Part shown: piece after piece, positions 37,230 through 49,051 of the stretch | Layout of the letters: every line of letters begins with the position of its first letter | How positions within the stretch are numbered: position 1 is the stretch's first letter | Assembly: GCA_028534125.1 (NCBI GenBank) | Contig: CM052816.1 | Coordinates: 4,652,001 to 4,716,000 of the forward strand | DNA length: 64,000 nt | Direction of reading: 5' to 3' | From: Lama glama | Taxonomy: Eukaryota | The notes under the pieces: model-generated | Database searches by the model: none | What the model saw: the letters and a program-made list of their open reading frames with translations, nothing else | Told to the model about the DNA's origin: nothing | Position numbers and translations under genes: made by a program

Positions 37230-37620
37230 AAAATTCTACCCTCTGCACATAATCTCTTCAGTTCATTTTTTTAAGACCCACGATAAGTTCCACTTTTTCC
37301 AGAGAGACTTCCTAATGGCCCTAGGCATGACTTCAGCCTAAGAGGCCATAAAAACTCTTGGAAACAGTTTCAGTTGGCCCCTTGTTCTTTATTGTTCTGT
37401 GATGACGATGATAATTCAGTGCACTGTTTTATCATCACTGAATGCTCACAAATACATTTATTAAGTCCTTGAGCTGACTGCTGGACTTTTGTGTGTATCT
37501 TTTTCTCTCTAAACTGAGTGTAAGCTCACTGAGGAAAAGGGACCAATTTTCTTGCTTATTTGTACTCCGGATGACCTACTTTGACTCACGATATAGAACT
37601 GCCATTTAGGGAGTATGGGT
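37230..37620 (+). mobile_element. L2 fragment
   Basis: 'ctctaaactgagtgtaagctcactgagg' and neighbouring L2 3' motifs. Confidence 0.55.
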
Positions 37621-37959
37621 CACTTGAAAATGACACTGCCTGTGTGTGTCTGGGTCTTGTCAAACTGGTAGTGGTTTTATTAGCTTTTTTTTATATCCTT
37701 TTATGAGTCAAGGAAACATAATGAAGCCATTATATCTAGGCTGGAATGTCTGATAGGAAGAATGAAAAGGTCCTAATTTTCTTCCCCTGGTAAGCCAGGA
37801 AGCCCTTCTTCCTAGGAAGTCACTTTTCCTCATATATGACCAAAGAAAGAGGAAATAGGGAGGGCTGTGACTGGCAGGTACTGGTTTAGACCAACAAGAA
37901 TAGGATTTAAAGGACTCTTGAGCTTTCTACATGGACAAGTTCAGCTAAGTCATAATTAC

Positions 37960-38465
37960 TGCTTTCTTTGTTGCCCAATATGTTTCTCTCTCCAGCTCCC
38001 GTATCTTGCACAGACCCAGCAGCTCCTGCCACCCATTATCTCCCATCCCAAGCAACAGACCTGGCCAGTCATGGCTTGCTGTGATTGGTTCAGGGATGAG
38101 CACATGGTCAGAGCAGAGCCAATCAGAGTGCTTTTATAAGGTTAATATATAGCCATTAGAAAGATAAGTTCCTCTTTTCTTGGTGGGGGTCCTGAATTGG
38201 GACCATGCCCACCTGGATCTGTTAACAACCATTTTCCATAGCTATAAGCAAGAATCCTGTCTGTGCTATGACAGAATGAACTCACAAAAATAGGGAAGAC
38301 AGAACAAGGGATGAAAGGAGAAAGACAGCCTCCCTAACATCATCAGAGCTACTGAACCCAGCCATGCCGGAATCCACCTTCCACCCCAGACTTCACAGTT
38401 TCTAGGGCAAATTCATTCTCTGTTCACTTATGTCACTTGTACCGACAGAATCCTGACCAATACAA
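37960..38465 (+). mobile_element. Old MaLR LTR (MLT1J/K-like)
   Basis: 'gtgattggttcagggatgagcacatg...gagccaatcagag', 'gaacccagccatgcc', ends 'tcctgaccaataca'. Confidence 0.7.
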
Positions 38466-39699
38466 GAGCTCTCTAGCAGGAACAGAAAGTGTACTCCACA
38501 AGGGAATGGGCCACATCTATCTTGTCACTGCCACACCCCTGGTGTCCGGCTTGATAATTATTTGGTAAATGAATGAGTACATCTCTGGAATCCTAAACAG
38601 CTCGGCAGGAACTGGCCCAGCAGAGAAGAGGCAAGAGGCCCAGCAAGCATGGGAGACATCACCATTTGCTCTCTGATTCTTTTTATACCACATGAGACTT
38701 TCAAGAGGGCACCTGACAGTTTACTGGTTAAATATTCCCGCTTCCTGACGACTCTTCCTCTTGGTGATTTCTCCAGTTTTCACCTATGGACTGTGATTAG
38801 AATGCTTTTTCCGTTTCAGTGGAGTTTGTCTCTGAGACTTTTCGGGTTCTTTCTTCATATATCCATCTTCTTCAGCCCACCGCAGACCCTGATGAAACTG
38901 CCAAGAAGGTCTCTGGTAGGATGTTCGTTAGATGTTTTAAAATAACTTTCATTCCCCAAAGTAGAATCCTTCAGCAGTGGTAACTTAGCAACATGACAAA
39001 ACACCTCCACCAGCAAAAAAGAAGCAGGAAAAATGTGGTCTTTCGTCATACTTATTTACTTGCAACAAGCGTGTCACTTACTGATAAGCAAAATAAACAG
39101 AATTGCCGCCACACGTGTGTTTTCTCTGTTGGCGTTGAAAGAGATGTCTGTGTATAAACAGGAAGCCAACACAAATGGAGTCTATAGCAAATCTGCAATA
39201 TTTCTAAATCCCTCAGTTAATTTTTCAGCCCCATAACGCCCTTATGACATACTGCAGACTAAAAAAGAGAAAATACTTGGAATGAATTTTAAAGTATGGT
39301 CTTTCTCCTGTGTCTTGGCAGGGAGGTATGGAATATCAAAGCAGAAATGTTCATGTGTATTCTGGGCACCAGTGTATCTGTAGATACCAACCAAATGCTT
39401 GGAATTGGGGGTGGGGGGAACATGCTAAGGGTATCACTCCTCTTTCCTGTTTTTTCAGATCTGCATCCAAGGTTAGTAAACGCCCTCCCTTACTGAGACA
39501 CTGGGTCATTAGAGGTACAATGGGAAGCATGGCAGAAAGTCAGGGCTGATACTGGGAAGAGCCACTCCTGATACAGAGAGTCTGTGCAACAGTATTTGTG
39601 CCTTCTGACTTTCACAGGCCTTTTTTGGTGTTGCTCCACGGCGACCGTGATTATCAGACAATGCGATCACAAATGCCATCCCTACATCTGCTCAACATT

Positions 39700-40320
39700 C
39701 GGTAGCATTAATAAGACAACTCCAAAAGCTGCCAGAATGATCTTACTTATAAGGAGGTCAGTTCCTATCACTCCAGTGCTTTAAAATTGTCAAGGAAGCC
39801 CCACCTCCTATGGAAAAAAGGCCACAATTCTCAGCATGGAACCCAGGGCCGTTGGTGATCTGGACCTCTACCCTCAGCCTCATCTCCTACCCACATAGTC
39901 TCATGCTTTCCTCTGCAAAAGCGCAGACTTCCTCCACATCTCCACTCCTCTCCCAGGGATTCTCCCCCCAGTGCCTTTGCTCATTCTCTTCCCTCTGCTT
40001 GGCCTCCCTAGGCCCCGTCGGTAGTCAGAATCACACCCGTCCCAACCAGGAGTCCTTTCCTAACCCCTCTTCTCCACCCCACACATCCACAGGCTGGGTA
40101 AGGTCTCCTTCCTGGTGTTTCCAAATGCCCTGTACCTGCTGCCCTCACTGCATTCACAACAGGTCGTTAGCATTTTTCTGGTTATTAGTTAGCTTCCTCC
40201 ACTAGACTAAGACCTCCTTCTGGACAAGAACTGTGTTCTTAGACAATTCTGAATCACCAATGACTGGCACGGAAACTGGCATCTAGGAGGCACTCAAAAA
40301 ATTATTTCTGGAATCATCAA
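39700..40320 (+). mobile_element. L2 3' fragment
   Basis: 'gccagaatgatctt...tcactccagtgctttaaaa', 'ccactagactaagacctcc...aggaggcactcaaaaaattatt'. Confidence 0.8.
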
Positions 40321-40574
40321 TCAATCAACTTCTATTTTTTTCCAAAGTAAATCATAATTCTGATTAAAGCACACACATATCCTTGCATATGCAGACGTAT
40401 ATGCACACGTACACATATAAACACACACACACCCCTTATTACAACTTTTGAAAAGAGAGAAAAGGAATTCTGAAACAGTAAAATGTCAGCATTCAAAAGT
40501 ACCTTCTTAAAGCTTGACCTTTTTCTGTAAATGACTACTTTCTTTATCAACACAGTAAGTCATGTCCAACTTGC

Positions 40575-40830
40575 ATGTCTTCAGTGATTGGCAAGGAACT
40601 CGCCACCTCCAGAAGCAACCTTTTCTATTCTCAGGCTACTCCGTGTGTCAGCAAGTTCTTCCTTATGATGAGCTGCAATTTGCTTGACTGTAACTTCCAT
40701 TGACTGGCTGGTCTCAGCGCTGGTCCCTAAAGCTACAAAGAGTAAGTCTAATCCTTCCCACATGGCAGTCTTTTAAATATTTAAAGAAGCCAAGCCTTCT
40801 CTTCTCCAGGGTGCACACCATACTGTCCTT
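40575..40830 (-). mobile_element. CR1/L3 LINE fragment
   Basis: 'caagttcttccttatgatgagc...ctgtaacttccat...taagtctaatccttcccacatggcagtcttttaaatattt' matches the L3 pattern. Confidence 0.7.
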
Positions 40831-40889
40831 AAACTGATGCCCAAACACTTGGGTCCTGAGTCCCTCTCACAGCCCTGGTCCTACTTTCT

Positions 40890-41150
40890 AGACATGCTCA
40901 GAATCAACCCTTGGGATCACCTGTTAAAAATTCTGGGCATGCATATTGGTATCAATTCTAAAATGAAATTCTTAAACTTTATTGAACATTAACATCACCT
41001 GAGGATGTGTTAAGACTGCACTGTGGGAGGGTCCTAACCACTGAGGATCCAATTTTCCATGGGTATGCACTATGACCCAGGAATCTTTAGTTTCATAAGC
41101 TGTTCTAACCACTCAGCTTTGGGAGAGGCCACCCTTCAGAAAACATTCAT
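40890..41150. mobile_element. MER5-like hAT MITE fragments
   Basis: 'catcacctgaggatgtgttaag', 'gacccaggaatctttagtttcataagc'. Confidence 0.5.
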
Positions 41151-41347
41151 CTAAGACAACATCAAGCTTTGTTTTCTCTTTTGCAAACAGGGGTTAAATC
41201 CATCTTCCTCTCAGATTACGTGGGGAGTTGAGACCTAACTCCTAAACTGGTTACAAAATACTGTCTAAACACTGAATGCACATTAATAATGATGGAGTGG
41301 GAATCAAGCATTACTAAGCCTTCAATGTGATCAAAAGAAGGCCTAGT

Positions 41348-41890
41348 AGCACTATTTACAATAGCCAAGACATGGAAACTACCTAAGTGCCCATTAACAG
41401 ATGACTGGATAAAGAAGCTGTGGTATATTTATACAATGGAATACTACTCAGCCATAAAAAGGATAAAATAATGCCACTTGCAGCAACATGGATGGACCTG
41501 GGACTGTCATTCTAAGTGAAATAATCCAGAAAGAAAAAGAAAAATACCTTATATCACTTATATGTGGAATCTAAAAAAAAAAAAAAGACAAACGAACTTA
41601 TTTGCAAAACAGACAACAGACTAACAGACATAGAGAACAAACTTGTGGTTACTGGTGGGGAGGTGAGTGGGACAGGATAAATTGGGAGTTTGAGATTTGC
41701 AGATAATAATATATATATATAAAATAGACAAACAACAAGTTCATACTACATAGCACAGGGAACTATATTCAGTATCTTGTAGGAGCTCATGGTGAAAACG
41801 AATATGAAAACGAATATATGCATGTTCATGTATGATGGAAGCACTGTGCTGTACACCAGAAATTGACACAACATTGTAAACTGACTGTAC
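41348..41890 (+). mobile_element. Young lineage L1 3' end (ORF2 C-terminus plus 3'UTR)
   Basis: 'gcactatttacaatagccaagacatgg', 'gcagcaacatggatggacct', 'ataaattgggagtttgagatttgcaga', 'tgctgtacaccagaaattgacacaacattgtaaactgactg'. Confidence 0.9.
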
Positions 41891-41939
<49 letters not shown>

Positions 41940-41967
41940 TACATATACATATACATACACATACACA
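41891..41967. repeat. (AT)n(AC)n microsatellite at the L1 tail
   Basis: Direct observation. Confidence 0.95.
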
Positions 41968-42305
41968 AAAAGAAAAGAAGAGTTAGCAGATGTCGTCCCT
42001 TCATCAGAGGCTGAGTCAGAAAGGTTAGTGAAGGAGGTGAGAGAGATTTCAAGCTCTTCATCCTCCCAAATGGCAGTCTTTTAAGCAGAATAAAGATAAG
42101 TGATCTGCTCTCTGTATTTTCTGAATGTGTCATGGGAAGCCTTTTCCATTCCATAAATACTTGTATTGGTAAATCAAATAAGCTGGAGAAGCACTTAGGC
42201 ACGATGCCAGGAGAAAATTCATGCCTGCATTGCTTCACTTCGTTAATGTTATTCGTAAATCATTAATGGACACTATTGATGAATTTTACCTAAAGAGACT
42301 CTATT

Positions 42306-42337
42306 TCATCTATGGAGAATGTCATCTATGGAGAATG
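42306..42337. repeat. Perfect 16-bp tandem duplication (tcatctatggagaatg x2)
   Basis: Direct observation. Confidence 0.9.
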
Positions 42338-42409
42338 AGCTACAGAGATTAAAGCAACATAGAGGCATTTCCAGGGAGGGAAGTGAGTCTCAAAGGATGT
42401 TCAACGTTC

Positions 42410-42600
42410 AGGCTCCACAGTCAGACAGCACTGAGTTTGAATCCTGGCCCTTCCAATTACTCATTTATTACCTTAAGCAAGTTACTTAACCATTCAGTGA
42501 TCCATTTTTTCATCTGTAAAGTGGAACTTCTAATGGTTCCAGTACCTTAGGGTTGTTAAAACAATTCAATGAAAACATGGTGCAAGGTCCCAGCTTAACA
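42410..42600 (+). mobile_element. MIR SINE
   Basis: 'gagtttgaatcctggcc...aagcaagttacttaacc...tttcatctgtaaagtgg'. Confidence 0.85.
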
Positions 42601-42954
42601 GGTATTATTTAATTCCACATCTGTTCCTGTATCTGGTTATTTATTCATTTATTGTTTCTTCCATATTCATATCATACTGCATGAAATTAGCAGTCACACT
42701 GCTACCTCCATTTCATCAATGAGGACACTCAGGCAAAGGTTTGGTAAACTGCCATGGAAGCAAAGTTCGGATCATTCAGCCATGAGTCCAAAGCTCCATC
42801 TGCCATCAGCCTCTGTCCGTCTCACGAAGTTGCTCTGGCATCAAGCCAGAGGGGATTCTGAGAGCAAAGCGGCCTGATGCCCACCCAGGGGAAGCTAACA
42901 CAACACAAGGAGAAAGGCTACAGATGGAGATTCCACTCTCTCCCACGCGTCCGG

Positions 42955-43330
42955 TTCTTCCTTCATTTGTTCATTTCACAAACATTTGCCGAGCCCCTTA
43001 TCTGTGCCGGGCACTGGACATAGTGGTGAGTAAAGCACACTGGACGGCCTTTGTTCTCACTTTATTTAGGTCTCTGCTCACATATCACCCTATCCAGGAA
43101 GCTCCCCTGACCTATCACCCTACCCAACAGAGCAGCCTGCATCCCGGGCACACTCCATCCCTTCCCCATTTTAATCTTCTCCATTCCCTCACAGACTGTG
43201 TTTCGTTTATTTCCCCTCGTTCCCTGCTGTCATGTAAGCTCAATCAGGTAGGGCTTTCTTTAGCTTGCTCACTTTTGTAACTCCAGCTCCAGGAACGGTG
43301 CCTGGCCCACAGTACACGCCCAGTGAAATC
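42955..43330. mobile_element. L2 fragments (both orientations)
   Basis: 'ttcatttgttcatttcacaaacatttgccgagccc' (antisense tail) and 'gtaagctcaatcagg...ggtgcctggcccacagta' (sense tail). Confidence 0.7.
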
Positions 43331-45639
43331 AACGGAGGGGGGAAGTCTTGCGGGGATGGGTGGGGAGAGGAAATAAAGCAAGTAAACCAGTAAGTGGTTG
43401 TGAATCGCGCCGTGCTGGTGAGGAAATCCACTGGAGCGGATGGGCCAGGAACCTGCTGGTTGCTGGACAGCTGGTGATGGAGATCCTCCCTAAGCAGGGT
43501 GAGCAGCCCATGGACAGACAAGGAGGGAACTCTGCCCCTTTCCTCCAAGCAACCTTAGTCCTGTCACTGCCCTTTCCAAGCAGGAGCCAAATCCGGAGTC
43601 CATGATCAGAAGCAACTCTCATCTGTCAGAGCCCTCGCAGGACTTAGCATGCTGAAGAGGCCAAGGGCTGGAATAGCATTAGGGGCCTCGCTGGGACGTG
43701 ACGCTGAAACAAAATGCCTTCATAAAATCCACTGCACGCACCACTGAAATTACAACAGAAAGAGGATTTAAGCCTGGGCTTTCAGCTCGGGGAGCTGCAC
43801 AGCTCTGCAATATTTTGGTTATGCTCTAATTAGTTGTTAGCATACGGTGCAGGTGTCAGGTAATCTGCACTTACTAGCAAGAAGTCTGCAAGAAGCGTCC
43901 AGCATAACGGGATACCAGGGGGCCAGGGCACCCCTACCTTTGGAAGAGATCTGCCAAACCCTGTGCCAAATGCAGGCGGTACACAGCCGTAGAAGGCTAA
44001 GGACTATAGCATGTTCAGAGCTCAGGTGGAAGCCATGGATGTGACCATCAGCTGCGTAAGTGAGGTTAGGTTCCACACCACTAGGAGCAGAGGAGCATCT
44101 CTGGGAAGGGCTGCCTTTACACTCTTCAGAGGGTGTACCTCAAGGGGAGATACTTCCCACATCTCTCATTCTATTGAAAAACTAGGTGGCATAAAGGCAG
44201 TACCTCATCCCTGTACTGAAAAAAAAAAGAAAGCAGGCAGAGGGGGATGGGCAGCTCAGCTGGGTCAGAGAGAACCACACAGGTGCTCTGATACCGTCTG
44301 CCATCACCGACCCTCCTCCACGCCTTACCTGAAAGCCCCCGCCCTGTCGTCTGAACCCCAGTAGCACAGACTCCAACTGCACACACAACTGGGGATTAAA
44401 ATCCCATACTGTAAGCTGGAGAACAAGGATTATATCCCCATTCTGGTACATGGTGGCCAAGTGGCTCAAGCCTGTCGTTTCAACACCTGGGCTTTAAAAG
44501 CCCAAGTACAGAGCGTTCAGGAGAGATGATGATTTTACACAAGCTAATCCACCTTAAGCCATCTGCACTCTATCTGGAATTCATTTGTTAGATTAGCTTT
44601 GAAAAAGACAGGATGCAGAAATGCATGAAACCAAGAATGGGCAAGTTTTAATGAAAATAGAAGTTAGAAAAAGGACTACAATATGGCCCACTGCTGAGGA
44701 GAGCTGGCCTAGGATGTGGGGGTCCTACGAGGCTGCCCTGAGCTGTCAAAAGAGGCAGAACAACACTGGGAACCTGGAGATGACGGTCTCAGAGAGGGAG
44801 GCACAGATCAGAAAAATATCAGCTTCCTTCAAGCTTTGCCAAGAGCATGCCCTACTCTACACACCCACTTTGGGCCTCAGTCTTTCCACCTGCAAAACAG
44901 GCACAACACCACCCACCTCTTGAGGTTGAGTAAAGATTAAGCAGCACTTGTCAAGCGCCTGGCAGAGAGCTTGTTATGGAGTTGGCATCTAGTAAGCAAG
45001 GAGGTAATAAGAAGGTGACAGAGTAAGTGTGCAGAAAGAAATCTGAACTCTGCACAACCAAGACTCACTTTAGAGATTCGCCCAAGAGCTGCAGGATGAC
45101 TGCTTTAAAATCGTTTCTCTGGAGAAGAGAGGCAGCTTCTAGATGGGTAGGTGAGGCCTCCCCCACACTGAGTCAAGGCGTCTGTGGGCCTGAAGCAGCT
45201 CAGGTTTGCCTGAGGTAGACAAATGTTCCCACCTCATCAGTGGATTTCTTCTCTAATTAAAATGCATGGACTCCTGTAAGCTCCAGGTGCCCGGGGGGGG
45301 GGGGGGGGAGGGCTGGAGGAGAGCAGTGAGACACAAAGAATCTTCTTCCCTGTTTAAAAATCAACAACGGCAACAACAATAGGTTATTGTCTAAAAATGT
45401 AAGCAAAGGTCGTGAATGACCAAGCAGGAGGGATCTCTATGGAAACACAGAGGCACCAAAGTAGGAGGAAAGAAGACCAGTAAGAATGGCCCAGAGGGCC
45501 TTCCCCAGGGAGGTGGAGGCTCACCATCTGGGGTTGGTGGCACCCAATCTCTGTCTGTCTCAGCTGGCACTTTCATAGTGAGCCAAGGAGAAGTTTCCAT
45601 GAAAGGACTGTAACAGTGATAGCTGACCTTGACTGTATG

Positions 45640-46055
45640 TGCCCCCCCATGCCGGCACTTTGCATTCATCATCTCATTAATTCCTTACAACATCTTTTAA
45701 TTTGACACTATTATTATCCCCATTTCACAGATGAGGAAGCTGAATGAAGCATCAAGGCCTCATGGCTAACAGATGGTGAAGACGGGATTCAAACCCTAGA
45801 AGCTCAATAATAACCACTAACATCCACTGGGTGCTTACGAAATGCCCGACATTTACACTCAACCCCTAGCTGCGTTATTTATTTCATTCCTTATGACAAC
45901 CCTCGGCGGTTGTCATAATACCCACTTTACATACGAGTAAACTGAGGTTCAGAAAAGTTAGATGACTCATTCAAGGTTATCCAGACAGTAAGTGAAAACA
46001 GGATCTGAACCCAGAATCCAAATCTGCCTTGTCAAAGGCTGTGCTCTGTACATCA
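45640..46055 (-). mobile_element. Two adjacent MIR SINEs
   Basis: 'attattatccccatttcacagatgaggaagctga' and 'cccactttacatacgagtaaactgaggttcaga'. Confidence 0.85.
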
Positions 46056-46084
46056 CCCTGACCCAATTGCCAAGTACAAAGAGA

Positions 46085-46205
46085 ATACAGGATGTAGTAA
46101 CTAGAACGTCATGTGCTCTGGATCGGGGCCCCAGAACTTGCATTTCTGACAAGTTCCCAGGAGATGAGGATGTTGCTGGCCTGGGATCAGATCTTGAGAA
46201 CAGCT
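46085..46205. mobile_element. MER5A-like fragment
   Basis: 'ggggccccagaacttgcatttctgacaagttcccaggagatg...tgctggcc...cttgagaac'. Confidence 0.75.
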
Positions 46206-46566
46206 GATCCAGGCAGCAGGGCCTGAAGGGTGAATGCAGGGTGGGTGGAAGATGGGACGCGCTGGAGCAGAAGGGAAAGGGACGGGATGCTTAGAGAATA
46301 GCTGCTGGGTGGCACACACTCCCTAAGACACTCTACAAAGCAGACCAAAGCCATGACCGTCGCCCTTTGTCCAGGTGGAGCACTTTGTGACCCAGCCCCT
46401 GTCTCCTGACTGAACTTCCACCCTGTGGGACGCCAGGTGGGATGTCAGAAGTTCTAGGAATCTTCTCCCCCATCTCCTCCTGAACTTCAGGTGCGTGTCC
46501 CCTACAGAACCAGCATCACACTGCCTGACAAAGGCACATTTCATGCACCTCTCTTCGCCTCCCCCA

Positions 46567-47021
46567 TGAGATTAAAGGCCTAAAATTCAGGTCCAATGCA
46601 ATGTGCTGTCTTGACATCTGAAACAGGGAGAGCTCTGGATGACCTCACCACAAGTCCCCCAGTCCCAGCTCTGCTTCCATGGGTAACGTCCCCCAGATAA
46701 TCAAGGGGGACCAGACGCACTTCCCGCTTACCCCTGAGAAGCAGGTTTCGGTTCTTTGCTGGGGCATGGAATTACTCAAACAAGCCAATCACATCCTCCC
46801 ATGGGAACCAGGGGTGCCCACACCCTCTTGATACTACAGGCCCTCCCTCCCGCAGCCCCTGCTTGTTCTCCCCATGTGGCCCTGTGCGGTGCCCGCCTGC
46901 CCCACACTTTGGGTGCATGTGACTAGTGAACTGCTCTCTTTCTCATCTGTCCAGTGTCAGGTGCCATGTATTCAGCTGCCCCCATGGCCCTCACCGACAG
47001 TAAAGAGGAGGGGACAAAAAC
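46567..47021 (+). mobile_element. ERVL-type solo LTR (MER74/MER54-like)
   Basis: 'ggcctaaaattcaggtcca...atgtgctgtcttgacatctg', 'caagccaatcacatcctcccatgggaaccaggg', 'tctcatctgtccagtgtc'. Confidence 0.7.
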
Positions 47022-47689
47022 ACACTAGGTGATGAGCTCCGTGACAAGAGACATCCTGTCCACCTTGTCCCTGTTCTCTCCGCAGCTGCCACGGGGCCAG
47101 GGCAAGGAAGGACACCTGGGACTGAAATGCTTCAAAACCTCATAAACCTCTGAAGCCCTTTTTTCCCCCCCATAAATGGAGAAACGAATTTTTGAGAGTT
47201 AACGTGACAGGCCAGCCCTGCTCCCTGCCAGCCCACAGCAGAGGACACGGATCCGCCCTTGCTAATGAGTAGATCACTGGGGACAGACTCATCCCTTCTG
47301 AGGGCCATCACCTGGACCAACTGTGCCCCAGTTCAGGGGCTCAGGGGCTGCAGAGAGCTGCCCTGGGCAATTTCAGTTCTCTTCCTCTTTCTGCCTGAGC
47401 AAATGTGAGAAGGTGGGCCTGACGCAATAGAAAGAACCACACTCAGGAGCCCTGCTCAGGGCACATGGCCTTCGTGTGTGTTCCATTTGACAAGAAGTAG
47501 GACACTGTGTTCTAAGAGGGCCAGCTAATGTGCAAAAGCGAGTGCTTTGAATTGGAGGTGCCCTGACTCTGCACCAGCGGTGATGGGGGGATTCAGGGGT
47601 CCACTCAGCACCTGTGAAACTCATGTCACAAAAATGACTCAGCACAGCCACGACCCCCACGTCTTGTGTCCAGCACTGTGGCAGGCTCA

Positions 47690-47830
47690 TCGTGTACCAC
47701 ACCTGCCATTTAACCCCATGGGAGAGCTGAGAGCAGGGCACTTTTAGTCCCAGGTCACTGATGAGGACACTAAGGCCAAGAGGTCATGGAGCAGAGCCAG
47801 GTCTGAGCCCCAAATTCTGTGGCTCCGAAG
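47690..47830 (-). mobile_element. MIR SINE
   Basis: 'gatgaggacactaaggcc...gcagagccaggtctgagccc'. Confidence 0.6.
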
Positions 47831-48374
47831 CCTGTGCCACAAATGTCCCCTCCACGCCCTCGGTGTGATGCAGGAGGAACAGAAATGAGAGACGGCACAG
47901 CACCTGTCCTCTGAGAGCCTGCAGCCCACTTGGGGAAGAGAGCAAGACACAGGAGAAAGTAACTTAAGAGCTCTTATAAAGCAACACATAAAGAGGTCTA
48001 GCCTGACAGCATCCAGGGTGGGCTGCAAGTTACCTTTCTCATACCAGCCTCATACCAGGTAGCTCCTTGTTGGGGGAGAAGATGAAACTCAAAGGCTCAT
48101 TTTAAACCACATAACAACAAGAGCAGCTAACATACAAGTAGTTTTTCCTACATACCCAGCACTGCTAAGTGTTTATCTAGGAAAAATTGAAGCTCCATTT
48201 GAAATAGGATTTTTTTCCATTTATTGAGCCCCACTGCTATGTACCAGGCCTTGGGCTCAAGGCTCACCATACAAGATTGTATGCACTTTCTCAAAGTGAC
48301 TCTGAGATCATAGTAGAATTTGTTCCATTGTTACAGATCACAGTGCCGAGGCACGGCGAGGTTAAGCCTGGATT

Positions 48375-48630
48375 TTCAGCCTGGACCGCTAGTGGGTTGT
48401 GAAATTAGTTCAGTAGCTCATGACAAGCACTGTTTTAAACGTATAGGAAGGGGAGGGGGTGGGGGAAGGGGAAGAAACAGAACAGAAGACAATCTGAACG
48501 CAAACCATGCAGTGTTATTTCATCGTTTTTATTTCAGCATGTGTATAGTATCATAAAAGGTGGATTTACACGCAGCCTTCACAATGAGATGACTGACATG
48601 GGTCTCTAGGGATGGTTTGAAAGCCACTGG
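48375..48630. mobile_element. hAT-Charlie-type MITE nested in a MIR
   Basis: 'ctagtgggttgtgaaattagttcag'...'gtttgaaagccactggg'; MIR pieces on both sides. Confidence 0.5.
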
Positions 48631-48731
48631 GTTAGGTGACTTGCCTGAGGTCACCGGCTAGTGATTTGTGGAGCCAAGGTTCAAACTCACACAGTCCGTG
48701 TCTCCAGAAACCACACTCTTGATTTTGAAAC

Positions 48732-49051
48732 TTACTGTCCAATAGAAATATAAACTAAGCCACATTCATAATTTAAATTGTTCTAGTAGCCACATCTAAA
48801 AAGTGAAAAGGCTACATTGAAAAATTATTAAAATTAATTTAGTATGTTCTATGTAACCCAATAGATCAAAAAATAGCATTTCAACAGGCCAAAGTCAGTT
48901 TCAAAATTAAATCAATTATGGATTTTTTTTTAACTTTTCTGTGTTAAGTTCCAGAACTTGGTGTCTATTTTACAACACATCTCAATTTAGACTAGCCTCA
49001 CTTCAAGTGTTCAGTAAGAATCCAGGGGCCACCCAGCCACACAGCACAGCC
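48732..49051. mobile_element. MER33/MER3-like hAT-Charlie MITE
   Basis: 'ctgtccaatagaaatataa...ttctagtagccacat...catctcaatttagactagcc...cacagcacagc'. Confidence 0.8.

Noticed and set aside
40750..42085. Similar ~25-mers (atcc..ccca.atggcagtcttttaa) at ~40751 and ~42060 bracketing the young L1
   Set aside because: Too far from the L1 ends to be a TSD; best explained as CR1/L3 fragments or chance.
41741..42238. 165-aa minus-strand ORF with CVCVCV/YIYIY runs
   Set aside because: Translation of a microsatellite and antisense L1 3'UTR.
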